A DNA stretch of 64,000 bases from Selaginella moellendorffii (Eukaryota > Plantae > Lycopodiophyta), in NCBI RefSeq assembly GCF_000143415.4, contig NW_003314273.1, forward strand, positions 816,074 through 880,073. Direction: 5' to 3'. Under the pieces are notes generated by a model that saw only the letters and a list, made by a program, of their open reading frames with translations, was not told where the DNA came from and did not search any database. The stretch's first letter is position 1. Each line of letters starts with the position of its first letter. Both the position numbers and the translations under genes were made by a program. Below, piece by piece: positions 23,156-37,246 of the stretch.

Positions 23156-25340
23156 ATGGCGACGCCGGCGGCAGCAGATGCTACTGCCACGCCTCCTCCT
23201 CCTCTCCCCGACGAGGCGCAGCAAAAGATCGAGGAGCCAGGGAAAGAAGAGGCGGCCAAGATCGAGGAATCTCCAGCTCCATCTCCAGCTCCAGCTCCAG
23301 CAGCGCCAGCGCCAGCGTCGGAATCCGGGAATGGCGAAGCTGCAGCGGAGGCAGCGAAAGAGGGGGAAGCGCCAGAAGAAGCGGCGGTGCCGGGGCCAGT
23401 GGATGATAGTCTTCCGTCTTTCAAGGAGGAGAGCTACTTCGAGAAAGATCTAAAGGAGTCGGAGAAGAAGGCGCTGCATGAATTGTCGGACAAGGTAGAG
23501 GCGGCGATCAAGGCCAAGGAGTTTGTGTTGCCGCCCAAGGTGGAGGTCGTCAAGGAGACAACGGAGATTGCTAAGGTGGATGAGGCTGTGATTGTGGCCA
23601 CCACGATCGAGAAGGATGTCAAGGAGGGCGATTTGGAGGTGAAGATTCAGGAGGCTGCAGTGGCTGTGATCGCCCCCGAGGAGGCAGCACCAGAACTGCC
23701 ACTGTCGGAAGCTCCCAAGGAGGAAGAAGCCACGACCACTCCAGCGGCATCGTCCGAGGCTGCTGCTGCTCCAGAGCCCACCAGCGAAGAGGTAAAAGCT
23801 CCAGAAGCAATTCCAAAGGTGGAAGAAACTCCAAAGCTGGAAGAAACTCCCAAGGTGGAAGAAGCTCCCAAGGCGGAAGAAACTCCAGTAGTGAAAGAGG
23901 AGGTGGAAGGAGGAGCTCCAGAAGCAAAAGCGGAAGAGCCCAAGATTGAAGAAGCTCCTCCGGCAGCTCCAATTGATGAGGCTCCCAAAGATGGCGTGAT
24001 AGTGGCTCCTCCGCTAGTGACGGAGACGACGCAGGTGGAAGAGGACACTGCTCCTCCGGAGGACTTGGAATTGTGGGGAGTTCCGTTGCTGCCAAGCAAG
24101 GGTGATCCGAGAACTCAGGTGATTTTCCTCAAGTTTCTCCGGGCCAGGGACTTTAAGGTGAAGGACGCGTTTGCAATGCTCAAGAACTGTGTGCTGTGGA
24201 GGAAGAGGTATGGAGCTGACAAGATTCTGGAGGAGGACTTGGGGACCGAGTTTGAGGCGTCGGCTTTCAACCACGGCGTGGACAAGGAGGGGCATCCCGT
24301 GCAGTACAATGACTTTGGAGCGTTCCAGGATAAGGATTTCTATCAGAAAGTTTTTGGCGACGCTGCCAAGACAGAGAAGGCATTGCGGTGGAGGGTGCAG
24401 CTATTGGAGAAGCAAATCCAGAGCTTGAATTTCAATCCAGGGGGTGTCACCTCAATGCTACAGGTGGTCGACATGAAGAACGCTCCTTTACTGGGGAAGA
24501 AAGGTGTCCGGCTTTTTATGAGCCAGGCTCTTAAACTTCTAACGGACAACTATCCGGAGCTTGTCGTGAAAATCGTAAGTGTTCGATCGATTCGACTTTT
24601 TGGTTTCTAATTGTTTTGCTGTGGCCCAGGTTCTTTTGAATACTCCCTGGTATTTCAGTACCATCTATGCATTTATCAGTCCCTTCTTCACGCAACGTAC
24701 CAAGAGCAAGTTCACGTTCGGGGGGAGCTCTTTGTTCAAGTAATAGTGTTTGTTTTCTTTGCTGTTCTTTACTCTACTCACCCACGCGCCGAAATCTTTT
24801 GGCTTTTTTCTTGTCCCTTGATCAGATTTATCTCTCCCGACAACATTCCTGTGCAATACGGCGGTCTGAGCAGAGCTAATGATACTGAATTTGGAGGAGA
24901 TGCCAGTGCTTCGGTGACAGAGCTGGTACTAAAAGCTGGCGAGAAGAAGACTGCCAGTATTGAAGTGTCAGGGGTAAGAACTTGTCTGTGCTCTTGCGTG
25001 CTGATCAAAATCACGAGGATGTTATAGGTACTAATCTTCTTTTTGCTACTCTTTCTTCTTTTTATTTTCCCCTCAGGCTGGAGATACAGTGGTTTGGGAA
25101 TTTGCACTAGTAGGCTCGGACGTGACATACGGTGCCGAGTTTGTCCCCAGCAAGGAGGGAGGGTACACCACGATAGTTGTGAAACCGAAAAAGATAACAT
25201 CGCTCGAGGAGCCTATCCGCAACACTTTCAAGTCGCCAGAGCCTGGTAATCTCGTGCTTTCAGTCGATAACACTTTGTCCAGGAAGAAGAAGACCGCGCT
25301 CTACAGATACATCATAAAGCCGCCTCCAGCAGCGGTGTGA
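23156..25340 (+). CDS. PATL: Patellin (acidic/Pro-rich N-terminus, CRAL-TRIO/Sec14, GOLD)
   Basis: SFKEES; LWGVPLLPSKGD; FLKFLRARDFKV; DNYPELV; IPVQYGGL; GOLD-like VWEFALVGSDVTYGAEFVP...EPG...DN. Confidence 0.93.
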
Positions 25341-26463
25341 AGAGAAGAGAAAAGAAGAAAAGGAGGTCAGTAGCTCACAACGATTCTGCACAGCTCTGCT
25401 TTTTCTAATTTGCCACCACATGCCACTGCTGTTCGTGGAGATTTGCTAGCTTTGTTTTTTCTTTCTCTATTTCGCCTCTGCGCTGAATCCATTTTTGGAG
25501 CCTTTATTGCTTCTACAGCTTAGAGTGTTTTGTGTATAGTTTTTCTTCTTCCGCGTTTTCTCTCCTCGTGTTTTTCTTGCCGGCATTCTTTTGGATCTCA
25601 CTGCTGCTTTGTTTTGCTCTAGCTATCAAAATAATGTTCTCGTTTTCTCCTCTCGCGTTGCAAGTGTTTGTACGAGTTTATCGCTGGGCTGTACACTCGT
25701 GCAGTGTCAATAATGCAAGTCTGCAAGTGGCATCCTTGGTTTAGTTTGTTTGGTCGCATTTTCTTCTTGGGTTTGTCATGCCAGCAAGCATCCGTGGGAC
25801 CGAGTTGGGTGAGAGATGAGCTGAGCACAGCGAGCCCAGCGAGCCCAGCACACGAACAGTGCAGCCAACTACAGGTTCATTTTCTCTCGTTTGCTTCTCT
25901 CATTCTAACTATTCATGATTTTCAGAAAGAAGATGGAAAATTCTTTGACTTTAGAGCTTCCGGATCGAAAGATTAAAGAAAAAGTTTGTCGATGCCAGCT
26001 GAAAGGTTCGAGTTTTGTTTTCTTTTTGGATTTTTATTGCGTTTTGCAGTGTGTCGTGTCCGCGAGAAAATGTATCGCAGGCCCACGCAAAAAGAAAAAA
26101 AAGACGAAGCTTGATCCGCGTTTGATCGCGAGGATCGAGAAAGATGTATAGCGTGGCGAAATCTCAAGGTTTTGGAATTGATTATTCTCGCTATAACGTT
26201 TTAAAGAATCCATCGACTATGATTGAGCGCTTGCCATTGTTTTTTCTCGCTGGCCGAGGAATATTTTTAGCAAAGATTCGAAAGCCCGCGAAAGAGGCTC
26301 CAATCGCGAAGCCAACGAACGAGATTTCTTGGGCATTGAATGGACGGGCAATCCGAGAGGCGTTGGATATATTTTTATCCACCACTCACGCCTCGCTCTT
26401 TAGGGTTAGGGTATTTTGAGGGTTTTGGAGGGATGAGTTGCTGAGCGCATTCCCTGGGGAGCA

Positions 26464-28198
26464 ATGGCGCTGCTATCGGCGCTCAGCGTGCTGCCGCTGG
26501 GATTGATGTTCTTCTGCTCTGGATTTGTTGTCAACTTGCTCCAGGTAAGAATCGAGCCGCAAGAATTTGTGAATTTTTGTCTCTCTCGATCTCTCTCAAT
26601 CTCGGGGATTTCGTTGTAGGTTTGCTCGCTCGTTTTGCTCCCATTCTCGAGAGGATTGTTCCGGGCGGTGAATATGTCGCTGTTTGAGCTCGCATCGTCG
26701 CAGCTGGTCTGGATGGTGGAGTGGTGGGCGGGTGTGGAGGTGCATTAAATTCGCTTCTCCCTCTTTGTCTTTTTGCTGCTCTAAGCGTTCTTACAGGTGC
26801 GCATTTACGCTGACGAGGAAACTCGCAAGCATTTTGGTAAGAGCTTTTATCAAGCTGCGATGAAAAGTTGTATTTAGAGCTCGATGTGGGTTCTCGTTAC
26901 CAGGGAAGGAGCATGCGCTGATCATCTCGAACCATCGCAGCGACATTGACTGGCTTGTTGGCTGGATTTTCGCATCTGTACGGCCACTTTTGTGGAACTT
27001 GGGTATGATTCTTCGGTGGTTTTATTCTTCTGATCAGGGCTTTCCACTTCTGGTAGCGTGTCGGATGCCTGGATGGTACGCGGGCAATAATGAAAAAATC
27101 CTCCAAGTTTCTACCGGTTTGTGACATCACCAATCAATTCTTAGCTTTGTTTTTTTCTATTGTTTTGCTTCCATCCAGGTCATTGGTTGGGGAATGTGGT
27201 TCACCGAGTACATATTTCTGGAGAGGAAATGGGAGAAGGACGAAAACACGCTAAAGGTACCAGGCTCAAATTTTGTGCTGTGGAAATTAGAACTGCTTGT
27301 TACAGATCGGCTTCCAGCGGTGGAAGAACTTTCCACGGGTTTTATGGGTGGCTCTCTTCGTCGAAGGGACGCGGTTTACTGAGGCGAAACTTAAGGCCGC
27401 CCAAGAATATGCAGCCTCTGCTGGACTGCCTGTCCCACGGAATGTGCTTGTTCCTCGAACCAAAGTACGTTTGCTATCCTTTGCATTCCGGTTTATCAAT
27501 AATGAGAATTCTTGCAGGGATTTGTTTGCGCCGTGGATAATTTGCGCTCTTTCATTCCTGCAGTCTACGACGTGACCTTCGCTCTCTCGAAATACAAGCC
27601 TGCTCCTACCATGACGAGAATACTAAATCGTCAGTCTTCCGTGGTATGTTTCCTCGACCTGCCGTTTTCTTTTTCTTTTTTTCTTTTCAGTGTTTCACTT
27701 CTGTTTCTCAGGTCCATATGCATGTGAGAAGAGTACCAATGAACGAGCTGCCCACTGAAGAAGAGGAGCTCACCGAGTGGTGTCGAGAAGTATTTGTCAG
27801 AAAGGTATGTCGTTGTGATCGCGGAAAGGTGACTAAGCCCGATGGTTTGCAGGATGATCTGCTGGACAAGCACAAAGCAGAGAACACATTTGGCGAGGAG
27901 CTGTATGTCCCTCTGACGCGATCCTATAAACCTCTGATGGTAACGCAAACCTTTTCAAGTTTCCAGTTTTTTGCTTGACATCTTCATCCCCTTCCAGATC
28001 GTGATCATGTGGGCGTCGCTACTCACCATCGCTGTGGTGAGTTTGCTGGCACGCCTGCTAAAATCAGCGTCTGGAATCGCGTGGTTCAGTGGCGTCCTGG
28101 TGAGCGTCACGGCTTTGATGCAAGTCGCCATTCTCGCTACTCAATCCGAGCGCTCGACACCGGCAAAGAGAGTGAACAAAGGAACCCATCGCAACTAG
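26464..28198 (+). CDS. LPAT2: 1-acyl-sn-glycerol-3-phosphate acyltransferase (LPAT2/3 type), multi-exon
   Basis: NHRSDIDW (HX4D); [19 protein letters not shown]; FVEGTRF; VLVPRTKGF; C-terminal [10 protein letters not shown]. Confidence 0.9.
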
Positions 28199-28379
28199 TC
28201 CAAATCAAGAGAGTACCAAAGTTTCCATCGCTATTGTGAGGTCATCGCTGTATAACTTTTTTTTCCTCCCGACGAAGAGATTTCCATAGTTTTCTTAAGA
28301 GCCGTGAAGATTTTTTAAAAGCCCGCAAAGGGGCGCTTAAATTCCTCCCTTGGGCTAGATCTAGATAGAGAGAGAAGCG

Positions 28380-28632
28380 ATGGTGGCTACGAGCCAGGGC
28401 GATTCTATGGCGACGCATTGCCGCGGCCTCACATATGCTATAAGCGCTCTGCGCGGTCCATGGGCGGTCTGTGCACATGTACACAAGATCAGCAAACACG
28501 AGCACTCAGAAAGCGGAACGATGTGCTTTACGGCAAGGCTGATCATCCGAGCTCTAGCACTCCAAATCCTTTTTCTAGCAGTCCAAAAGAATAAAGCTCG
28601 TTGCCAGTCCCGGATTAACTCCTCCTGCAATG
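28380..28632 (+). pseudogene. Collapsed pseudogene copy of the 55467-56045 gene
   Basis: Shares ctagatctagatagagag...gaagcgatggtggc, gcgattctatgg, ccgcggcctcacat, ggtccatgggcgg, ccgagctctagc and agcagtccaaa with 55443-56030, with large deletions. Confidence 0.85.
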
Positions 28633-29191
28633 TGCAATATTTTACATATTGCTGTCACGCTGATGTATATATCCCAGAAAAAATTCCAACAGAAAATTCA
28701 TTAGTAAACGGTTGTGACTCCCGTCAATTTGTCCCACCAACTTTGGGTTCATCACTCAACAGGAACTGCCAGTATTATTATTAATAGATATACAAGCTTT
28801 TACAGGACTTGAGTCATAAAACAATTTGTGAAATAATCATATGAAAGTCATATACAAATATACATAAGAAAACAATAACAAAACTTAAAACAGGGAAATA
28901 AAACCATACACAAAATTCAGTTTAATATTTTAAAAATTATATGCAATCCAAAAACCACATTCACAACCATAAATTCTCATTTTACAAATGTAAAAAAGTT
29001 TCAAAATATATGTAATGACAAACACTACCAATTATATGATTGTCTTTATTATCATTGACTAGGTTATATCATTTTATATTTATATATTAGAACTTAAGAT
29101 TACTATATTTCAAAATGAACTAAATTTATATGACTATTAAAAATTAAACTTATTTTATTAAAGTATTTATTCTTGTACTTTGAGGGCCAAG

Positions 29192-32055
29192 TGTACAACT
29201 ACAATGCCATATACATAGTGGGATTTTGGTGGTTTTAATTTAGACCACTCGCTCGTATATATAAACTAAGGTTTTTGGGCTAATTGATATGTACATTTTC
29301 TGTATTCTCTTTCCATATTCCAAACACTCACATTGGTGGAAGTGAGGGGCACCTTTTCTTGTCTCTAAGGTATGTTTAAATTTGGGATTTTGGTTTAAAT
29401 CTAACTTTTGCATCATCTAGATCTAATTTTTTTTATTCCTTTTCTTTTGTTCTTCTTTTTTAGGATTTTGGTTTAGATCTAGCTTTTCCATTGTCTAGAT
29501 TTCCCCTTCTTTCTAGTTCTTTCTCATTTCCTTTATTTTGCTCTTTCTTTTTCATTCATTTTCATGGCAGAGCAGCAATCTCTTCCAGTAGTAATTAGTG
29601 TAATTGCTTGATGCCATGTAATTGCAATTGAACAACCAAACTTAGGTGATGGCAGCATTCACGGATATGGTACAGTTCCTCTTGCTCTTAGTGCCAATCT
29701 TCATGTTCAGCCAGAGTTCTTTCGTGGGAATCCTAGGGATAATGTGTATCATTGGTTTGATCACTTCACAGTGATTGCCACATATCATTTTTGGGATGAT
29801 GCTCGACATTTGCGTGAGTTTCCCATGTGTCTCCAAAGGACGACACTACAGTGGTACAATGGTTTGAGTGCAGCCACTAGTAGGGATTGGAGTGTTCTCC
29901 CAGACGTCTTTAAACGCGCATTCAAACATGCCGACAATTATGATGATGCCTTCCAGCAATTGCATCGTCTTTGTCAAGGGCCATCTGAGTCGGTGATACA
30001 ATTTGGCATTCATTTCCGAAGCTTCTTGCTTCGTGTGGAGCCAAATATGTCAGAGTGGATTAAGTTAGGAATGTTGTGGCCAGCACTTTGTCAAGATTTT
30101 GTTGGATTTGTGCATGCACTTGCTCTAACCACCCTTGACGATGCTCTTTATCTGGTATAGCATTATGAGACATCACCTCTTCCACTTTTCATTGCACGTC
30201 CTTCCACTCCATTCTATGTGGGTGATGGTCCTATTCCAATAGAGGTTGATGTTGCTGCTGCTCGAGTCCAAGGACAAGGGTGAGGACGTGGTCGTGGCCA
30301 TGATGTTCGCTGTTAGGCATGTGATGAAATTGGTCACACTTATCGGCATTGTCAGTTTTTTCTGGATTGGCAACCTCCATTTCTTGGGTGGAAACTTTGG
30401 TGTCAACAACATCCTATTAGTGCTGCTATAGTGGAAGGTCTGGACACCGAGATGCATTTGGGAAATGAGGAGTTGCATGAGTAATAGAGAGACTTTATAC
30501 GAATAAGTCAGTGATTCCTCCATCTTTCTTTCGGGAGTATCATCAAGAGGTTCACTAGCACTAGTTCATCCATTGTTTATTTTCCAAGCTCGTTTTTATA
30601 ATAAAAGGTCTCCTATTATTCTTTCCGTGTTGGCTGATACAGGTTTAAGCTTATCTTCTATTGCTTGATTTGTTGCTACACATTGCCGTTTATATTTGCA
30701 TCGTGTGGCGGAGCCAATTTTTATTCTTTATGGAAACAGCCATACACATGCATGTGCACGAGATGAGGTAGATTTAGTTGTGCGTGTGGGCGATCTTGAG
30801 CTTGGGTTGCAGTCATTGCGGGTGGTGTTGAGTCAAGTTTTTGACCTTATCTTTGGTATAGATTAGTTGTAGCACAATCATGCCAAGTGTGATTTTGAAA
30901 CTTCTCCCCCTTATCTTATACTACCTTATATTTCATTCATTTATCTCACTTCAGTACCTTTTTGTCCTTCTACTTTTACTTCTGCTTTCATTACTTTTGC
31001 CCCCCCTCCCCCCTCCCCCCTCCTTCCTCCTATGTTTCTGTCTTGCTTTGCTCTTCCCTTTTTCGATCCCTTCAACAATCTTTGTGTTGTAACGATTGAT
31101 TGGCTCATGAAGGAGTATTCTGCTCTCTTTGAATTTGACCTATCATTTGGGGCCAAGATTGCCATACGTCATACTATTCCAACTGGGGATGCACATTCAA
31201 TCAAGGTTCCTGTTCGTCATTGATCACCCAAAGAGATTAAGATTTTACGTGCAAATGTCAAGGAGATGTTAGAGAAGGGTGTTATTTGGAAGTCGTGAAG
31301 TCCTTGGGCATATAAACCTCATCTTGTGATAAAGTCTGATGAGAGTATTCATTTCTACATCGATTATCGTTTGTTAAATGAAGTGACGATCCTAGATGTG
31401 TACCTTCTTCCTCACACTGTTGATCTCTTGGATCGTTTAGGGCGAAGTCGTTAGTTCACCAAGCTAGATTTTGCTTCTAGGTACTGGCAAGTATCGATGG
31501 CCGAAGAAGATATTCGTAAAACTACTTTTCGTACACTGTTTGGTTTGTACGAGTTTTTGGTGATGTTGTTTGGTTTGAACAATGCTCCTGCAACTTTCTA
31601 ACATATGATGGATGAAGTTCTTTGCAATATGCCAAAGGTGATTCCTGACTTTATTGATGATGTCTTGATCCATTCAGAGGGGACGTGGGAGGAGCACATT
31701 TGTGATGTTTGTAAAGTGTTGGATTGGTTACGGGACGTTAGTTTAAACCTAAAGTGGTCAAAATGCATGTTTGGGTCCAAGGACACGACTTATCTTGGGT
31801 ACTGTATTTTTCGTGAAGGTTTGCAAGTTGACCTTAACAAATTTGTGGCTGTTTTAAAGTTCCTCACTCCGAAGTGTGTGAATGATATGCATTGCTTCTT
31901 GGGCAAGGCATAGTATCTTGGTTGTTTTGTGAATCATCTTTCTTATCGCACTGCACTGTTGCAAGTGTTGTTGAAGTCATCAACGTCATTTTTCATCTGG
32001 TCTCCGGATTGTGAACAGGTATTTGAGGATCTCAAAGAGCTGTTGACGACTCCTG
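29192..32055 (+). mobile_element. Element A: old truncated Ty3/gypsy (gag, zinc knuckle, protease, RT; no RNase H/integrase)
   Basis: Gag-like WFDHF...LQWYNGL; CDEIGHTYRHC; LADTG; [11 protein letters not shown]; [10 protein letters not shown]; FIDD. Many stops. Putative PBS TGGTGGAAGTG at 29334 after ...CA; LTR start uncertain. Confidence 0.8.
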
Positions 32056-32418
32056 TGCCATTTACTTTAATACCACATATAATTGAAAAAGGAGCAATTG
32101 CTTGATGAGAGAGCCTTTAATGGTTATTTTATCCCCAATTATCCCCCAAGGTTCCAAAGATTCATGATGATAATATATTCAAATATCATCTTATAATCAC
32201 ATGCACTATATCAACATCTTATAGTATTTGCAGAGACAAACTCCTATATAAAATAGGAATCATTATAAATATGGACAAAGTTTTAAATGAAAACCAAAGG
32301 CACCATCAATAATAAATAATCATTTAAATCAGTTTCTACAAAATAAAAAAATATTGAGAATATAGGTTATTTGAATAACCTTGGCCCCTCGGGCAGCCAA
32401 AGTGCCCTAGCAAGTCAT

Positions 32419-33585
32419 TGTAAGGAATCAACTCCTTAAGGTATCGTAGACTAAAGGATCCTAGAAAGCACGATCAAAATGATAAAGAGTTCATCGGATG
32501 GGACTAAGTCTAAGATCGAGTCCAAGACCGACTGTAAGATTGAGTTCAAGATAAAGTTCAGGATTGAGTCTAAGACTGAGTTCGAGACCGAGTTCGAGAC
32601 CGAGTTTGAGACAGAGTTCGAGATCCAAGATTGGGTCCGAGACTGAGTCCGAGGTCAAGTCTGAAGTCAAGTCTGAGATCGGGTCTGAGGTCGAGTCCAA
32701 GATCGGGTCCGAGGTCAAGTCCGAGATCAAGTCCGAGACCGAGTCCGAAGTTGGGTCCGAGATCAAGTTCGAGATTGAGTCCGAGACCGAGTCCGAATAC
32801 TAATACAGGTTGAGGGGTGAAAGCCCAAAGTGTGTGTCTCCCAGGGGGGGGCTGTAGGGGGTTCCAAAAGTATAATAGGGATAGGGAGGTCCAGGAACCA
32901 GTCTTGAAGAAACTCTTTAATGGTGTTTCCAAATTGACTTAAGGTTGAGATTGGGACCGAGGGGCCTTGGGTGGGAGTGAGCATGGACTCGGGTGGTGCC
33001 AGAGGGGCCACCCAAGGAAGTGCTCAAAAGCAACTCCCATTCCCGAAGGGAAACTAACTGTGGTGCTCCCGGCTCATATGGAGTGGTGCCCCACTTGAGT
33101 ACCTTGCGGCTCATTAGTCCTCGCTGTTCCTAGGGGCTTGGGCCTTCCTTTCGGGATGGAAGTGGGGGGGGTAGAGGTACCCATACTAGGCCGTTGGGCC
33201 ATAGTGTTTTGCCCCGGCATCCCGAAGCAAGTGTTGCACCGAAGGCTTGGGATTTAGAGGGTCTTATGATTAAGTTTTGTTGTACCAAGGGGTGTTAAGA
33301 ATCTGGAGGTTTAGTGTGCTTGGCTGCTTGTGCCTGTGGGGAGTGTAGCAGAACCTTAAGTCAATATAACCCGGGGAGGGGGATTGGGAGAGATTAGGGA
33401 ATCCGTGGATGGATGGCTAATGCTCCGTTGCTCGTGCAGTGAGTAGCTGAAACTAAGTAAGACCAAGTAGGAGCTAGTACAATAGGCGAGAACCTTGGCG
33501 AGGGAACTTAGCAAAAGCTAAGGCAGTGTTGGTCGGATAGATGAGATAAGTTGGCAAATTGGAAATGAAAAATTTGGGGCTTACA
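32419..33585 (+). repeat. B1 5' LTR with hexamer (NNCGAG-like) tandem array
   Basis: Similar to 51329-52491; followed by the PBS. Confidence 0.9.
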
Positions 33586-35739
33586 ATTTGGTATCGGAGC
33601 CTTTTCCTCAGTTCTACCGAAGGATAGAGGCGGATTGCTGGGAGATGGCAAAGGCAGGGCAGAAACGAACTAAGGTAGAGACAGAATCTCCTCTAGAGCT
33701 GGAGCCTCCGGTTGAACAAAAGGCTATGGATGAGGAATCCATGCATGAGGAGGACTCTAGTGAGGAAACTTTCAAACAGGAGTCTAGTGGTGAGGTTCAG
33801 TTGTCCAAAGCTTGATTGGACGTTCTAGAAGGACAATTAACGCAGACCAATGCCCTGTTGGACTCTCGTATGCAAGATAAAGCGTGACGAGAAACGAAAG
33901 AAAAGGCAAAAATCTGTGGATGTTGGCAGTGCAGAAGGTGTAGACCCTTCGGTAAGGACTGAGGTAGAACCAAACAAGGTCGAACAGACCAAACTAGAAT
34001 TAGTCCCTTAGACAGTTTCTAAGTACAAACCAAAGCCCCCACCAGTCTTCAAGGGAGTAAATGACTATAAAGTGCTGGAAGATTGGTTTTACAATATGGA
34101 GGACTATTTCTATGTGTTGCAGTTACCGAGCTCGGAGGTCTCATGTCCAAAACCAAACTTGGCAGATAATGCCAAGTTTTGGTGGAGAACAACATAAGCC
34201 AACGAAGGACTGGTGGCCACTTGAGAAATGATGAAGGTGAGAATCCACGCGACGTATGTTCTTCCGAATGCTACTCTGCACTTAAGGGATGAGTTGAGTA
34301 GGCTAAAGCAGACCGAAACCATTCAAGAGTATGTGAATGGGTTTATGGCAAAGAGGATACTTGTCACAGATATGGGTGATATGAATGCGTTCCATGCCTT
34401 CATATCAGGTTTGCAAACCTGAGGTCGTGGCAGGGTGATGCGTTGGAACCCGACCAACTACATTTCAATGATAACCTATGAAAGGGGAACACGACAGGGT
34501 CGGGATCCATATTTAGCAAAGGGGCCAAACCTAGAGGAATATATGACAAAGGGAAATTTAAGAAGAGTTTCTCTAAGAATGAATCCTCGAGGTTCTGGAA
34601 AGGCAAATCCGATGGCCAGTGAGCAAGTACTTGGGGGAGTCAGGCAAAAAGAGATAAACCCATAAATAAAAAGGTTAAATCTGTTAGTAGCATGAGAAAC
34701 AACATATGCTACAATTGCGGTGAAGTGGGATACTTTTCGAAGGAATGTCCCTACCCGAAGAAGGCCAAAGCTAATATGGCCATTAAGTCAAATGAAATCT
34801 AAATTGAGGTATGTCATCCAGTCCTTAGCTCAAAGTTACTCATTACACAAGCAACTTTGGTAGAGAGTCATTCGCAACATCTATTAGCCCTCCAAAGGAA
34901 GCTTGGAGATAGCTTTGTTAAGATCCTTATTAACACAGGTGCTTTAGATAATTTTATGGCTGCAGACATAGTCCAGCAAGCCGGATTAATGGTGCAGCGG
35001 CTGGGTGAACCAAGGACGATAGAGTTTGTTCAAGGTAGCCAAAGCACCGATGAGATACTTCGACAAACGAGAGTCGAAGTAGGGAGATGGAAAATAAACA
35101 TAGATTTCACCATATTGGACATGGCGGGATTTGATGTAATCTTTGGGATGGATTAATTCAATCGGTTCGTAGTAGCCCTACATGGAAAAGGGAGGAACTT
35201 TGTGGTACTAGTGAATGCCCAGGGAGAATGATCTAGGGTGGAGGCCTAGGATTTAAAGGTAGGGCAATGTAAAGCCAAAGACTTTTGTTTAAATTTAGTG
35301 TCTACGAAAGGACAACTCACTAAAGGAACCAAGGTAGCATTTTTATGCTTACTCTCGGTGAAGAGTGACAAAAAGACGGGAATGGAAGAAGTACCTTTAG
35401 TGATCCAATGGGTGTTAAACCAATTCCAAAATACCATATAGTGAAGGATTCTTTAGAACGGGCTCAACAAAGGTAAACTAAGTACGCAAAGCAGAAGCGC
35501 TGGGAGGTAGAGTTCCAAGCTAGGGAGAAGGTGTGGCTGAACACCAAGAACCTCAAGCTACCAAGTGGGATCAGCCGAAAGTTGACCCAAAGTTAAAAAT
35601 GCATGTATTCCTAGAAATGAATTGATCTTGAGTTCCTTTAGCAGGTTCAAGATTGAGGCATGAATCGGTAAAGTGGCTTACCATCTTTGACTTCCTCGAG
35701 AGATAGGCAAGATGCACCCAGTGTTCTATGTGAACTTAC

Positions 35740-37246
35740 TGTAAGCCACAAATTTTTCCTTTTCCAATTTGCCAACTTACCTCATCTACCCGTCCAGCAC
35801 TATTTTGGCTTTTGCTAAGTTCCCTCGCCAACGTTCCCACCTATGGTACCAACTCCTACTTGGGCTTACTTAGTTTCAGTTACTCACTGCACGAGCAACG
35901 AAGCATTAACCATCCATCCACGGATTCCCAAATCTCTCCCAATCCCCCTCCCCGGGTTAGACTGGACTTAAAGTTCGGCTACACTCCCCGCAGGCACAAG
36001 CAGCCAAGCACACCAAGCCTCTAGGTTCCTAACACCCCTTGGTACCACAACACTTGATTAAGGGGCCCTCTAAATCCTAAGTCTTAGGTGCAACACTTGC
36101 TTCAGGACGCCGGGGCAAAACACCGTGGCCTAACGACCCGGTATGGGTACCTCTACCCCCCAACTTCCATCCCAAAAGAAGGCCCAAGCCCCTAGGAAGG
36201 GCGAGGACCAATGAGCCGCATGGTACTCAAGTGGGGCACCACTCGACATGAGCCAGGAGCACCGCAGTCGGTTTCCCTTTCAGGAGTGGGAGCTGCTCTT
36301 GAGCACTTTCTGGGGTGGCCCCTCTAGCACCACCCAAGTCCCTGCTCACTCCCACCCAAGGCCGCCTCAACCTCAAGTCAGTTTGGAAGCACCGCTGGAG
36401 AGTTCTTTCAAGACTGGTTCATGGACCTCACTATCTCTACTATACTTTTGGAACCCCCTGCAGCCCCCCCCCCCCCCCCCCAGGAGATGCACGCTTTGGG
36501 CTTTCACCCTTTGACCCGTATTAGTACTCGAACTCGGTCTCAGACTCGATCTCGGACCCGACTTCGAACTCGGTTTCGGACTCAATCTCGGACTCGACCT
36601 TGGACCCGATCTTAGACTAGACTTCGGACTTGACCTCGCACTCGGTCTCGGACCCAATCTCGGATCTTAGACTCTGTCTCAAACTTGGTCTTGGAGTTGG
36701 CCTCGGACTCGATCCCAGACTCTATCTCGAACTCAGTCTCAGAGTCGGTCTTGAACTTGATCTCAGACTCGGTCTTATCTGATGAACTCTTTATCATTTC
36801 GGTCGTGCTTTCGGGGATCCTTTAGCCTACGACACCTCGAGGAGTCGGTTCCTTACAACTGCACCACCCATAGAAGAAGTTCGATGCCCACATTGAACAT
36901 CTTTTGTTAATCCTATGACTTGCTGACCATGTCTCCAGGGGCATCCCCCCATCTCAGACTCAATCTCGGACTCAATCTCGGACCCGATCTCGGACTTGAT
37001 TTCGGTCTCGACCTCGGACTCAATCTTGGACCTGATTTGGATCTCGGACTCTGTCTCGAACTCAGTCTCAAACTCGGTCTCTGATTCGGCCTCAGACTCG
37101 ATCCCGGACTCTATCTCGAACTCGGTCTCAGAGTCGGTCTTGGACTCGATCTTCGACTCAGTCCCATCCGATGAACTCTTTGTCATTTTGGTTATGCTTT
37201 CGGGGATCCTTTAGCCTACGACACCTTGGCGAGTTGGTTCCTTACA
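35740..37246 (-). repeat. B2 3' LTR region: full LTR 35740-36857 plus second PPT and partial LTR ~36950-37246
   Basis: Two CTTACA-PPT junctions at 36857 and 37246. Confidence 0.85.

Noticed and set aside
32500-32800. CRISPR-like periodicity
   Set aside because: Contiguous degenerate hexamers without unique spacers; eukaryotic LTR context.
32491-32813. E/S-rich and R/S/P-rich ORFs in B LTRs (also 36373-37214, 50350-50614, 51389-51700)
   Set aside because: By-products of the hexamer array; open on both strands with inconsistent starts.
36775-36830. CTGATGA suggesting a hammerhead ribozyme (retrozyme)
   Set aside because: No correctly placed GAAA or stems on the same strand; other copies read CCGATGA.
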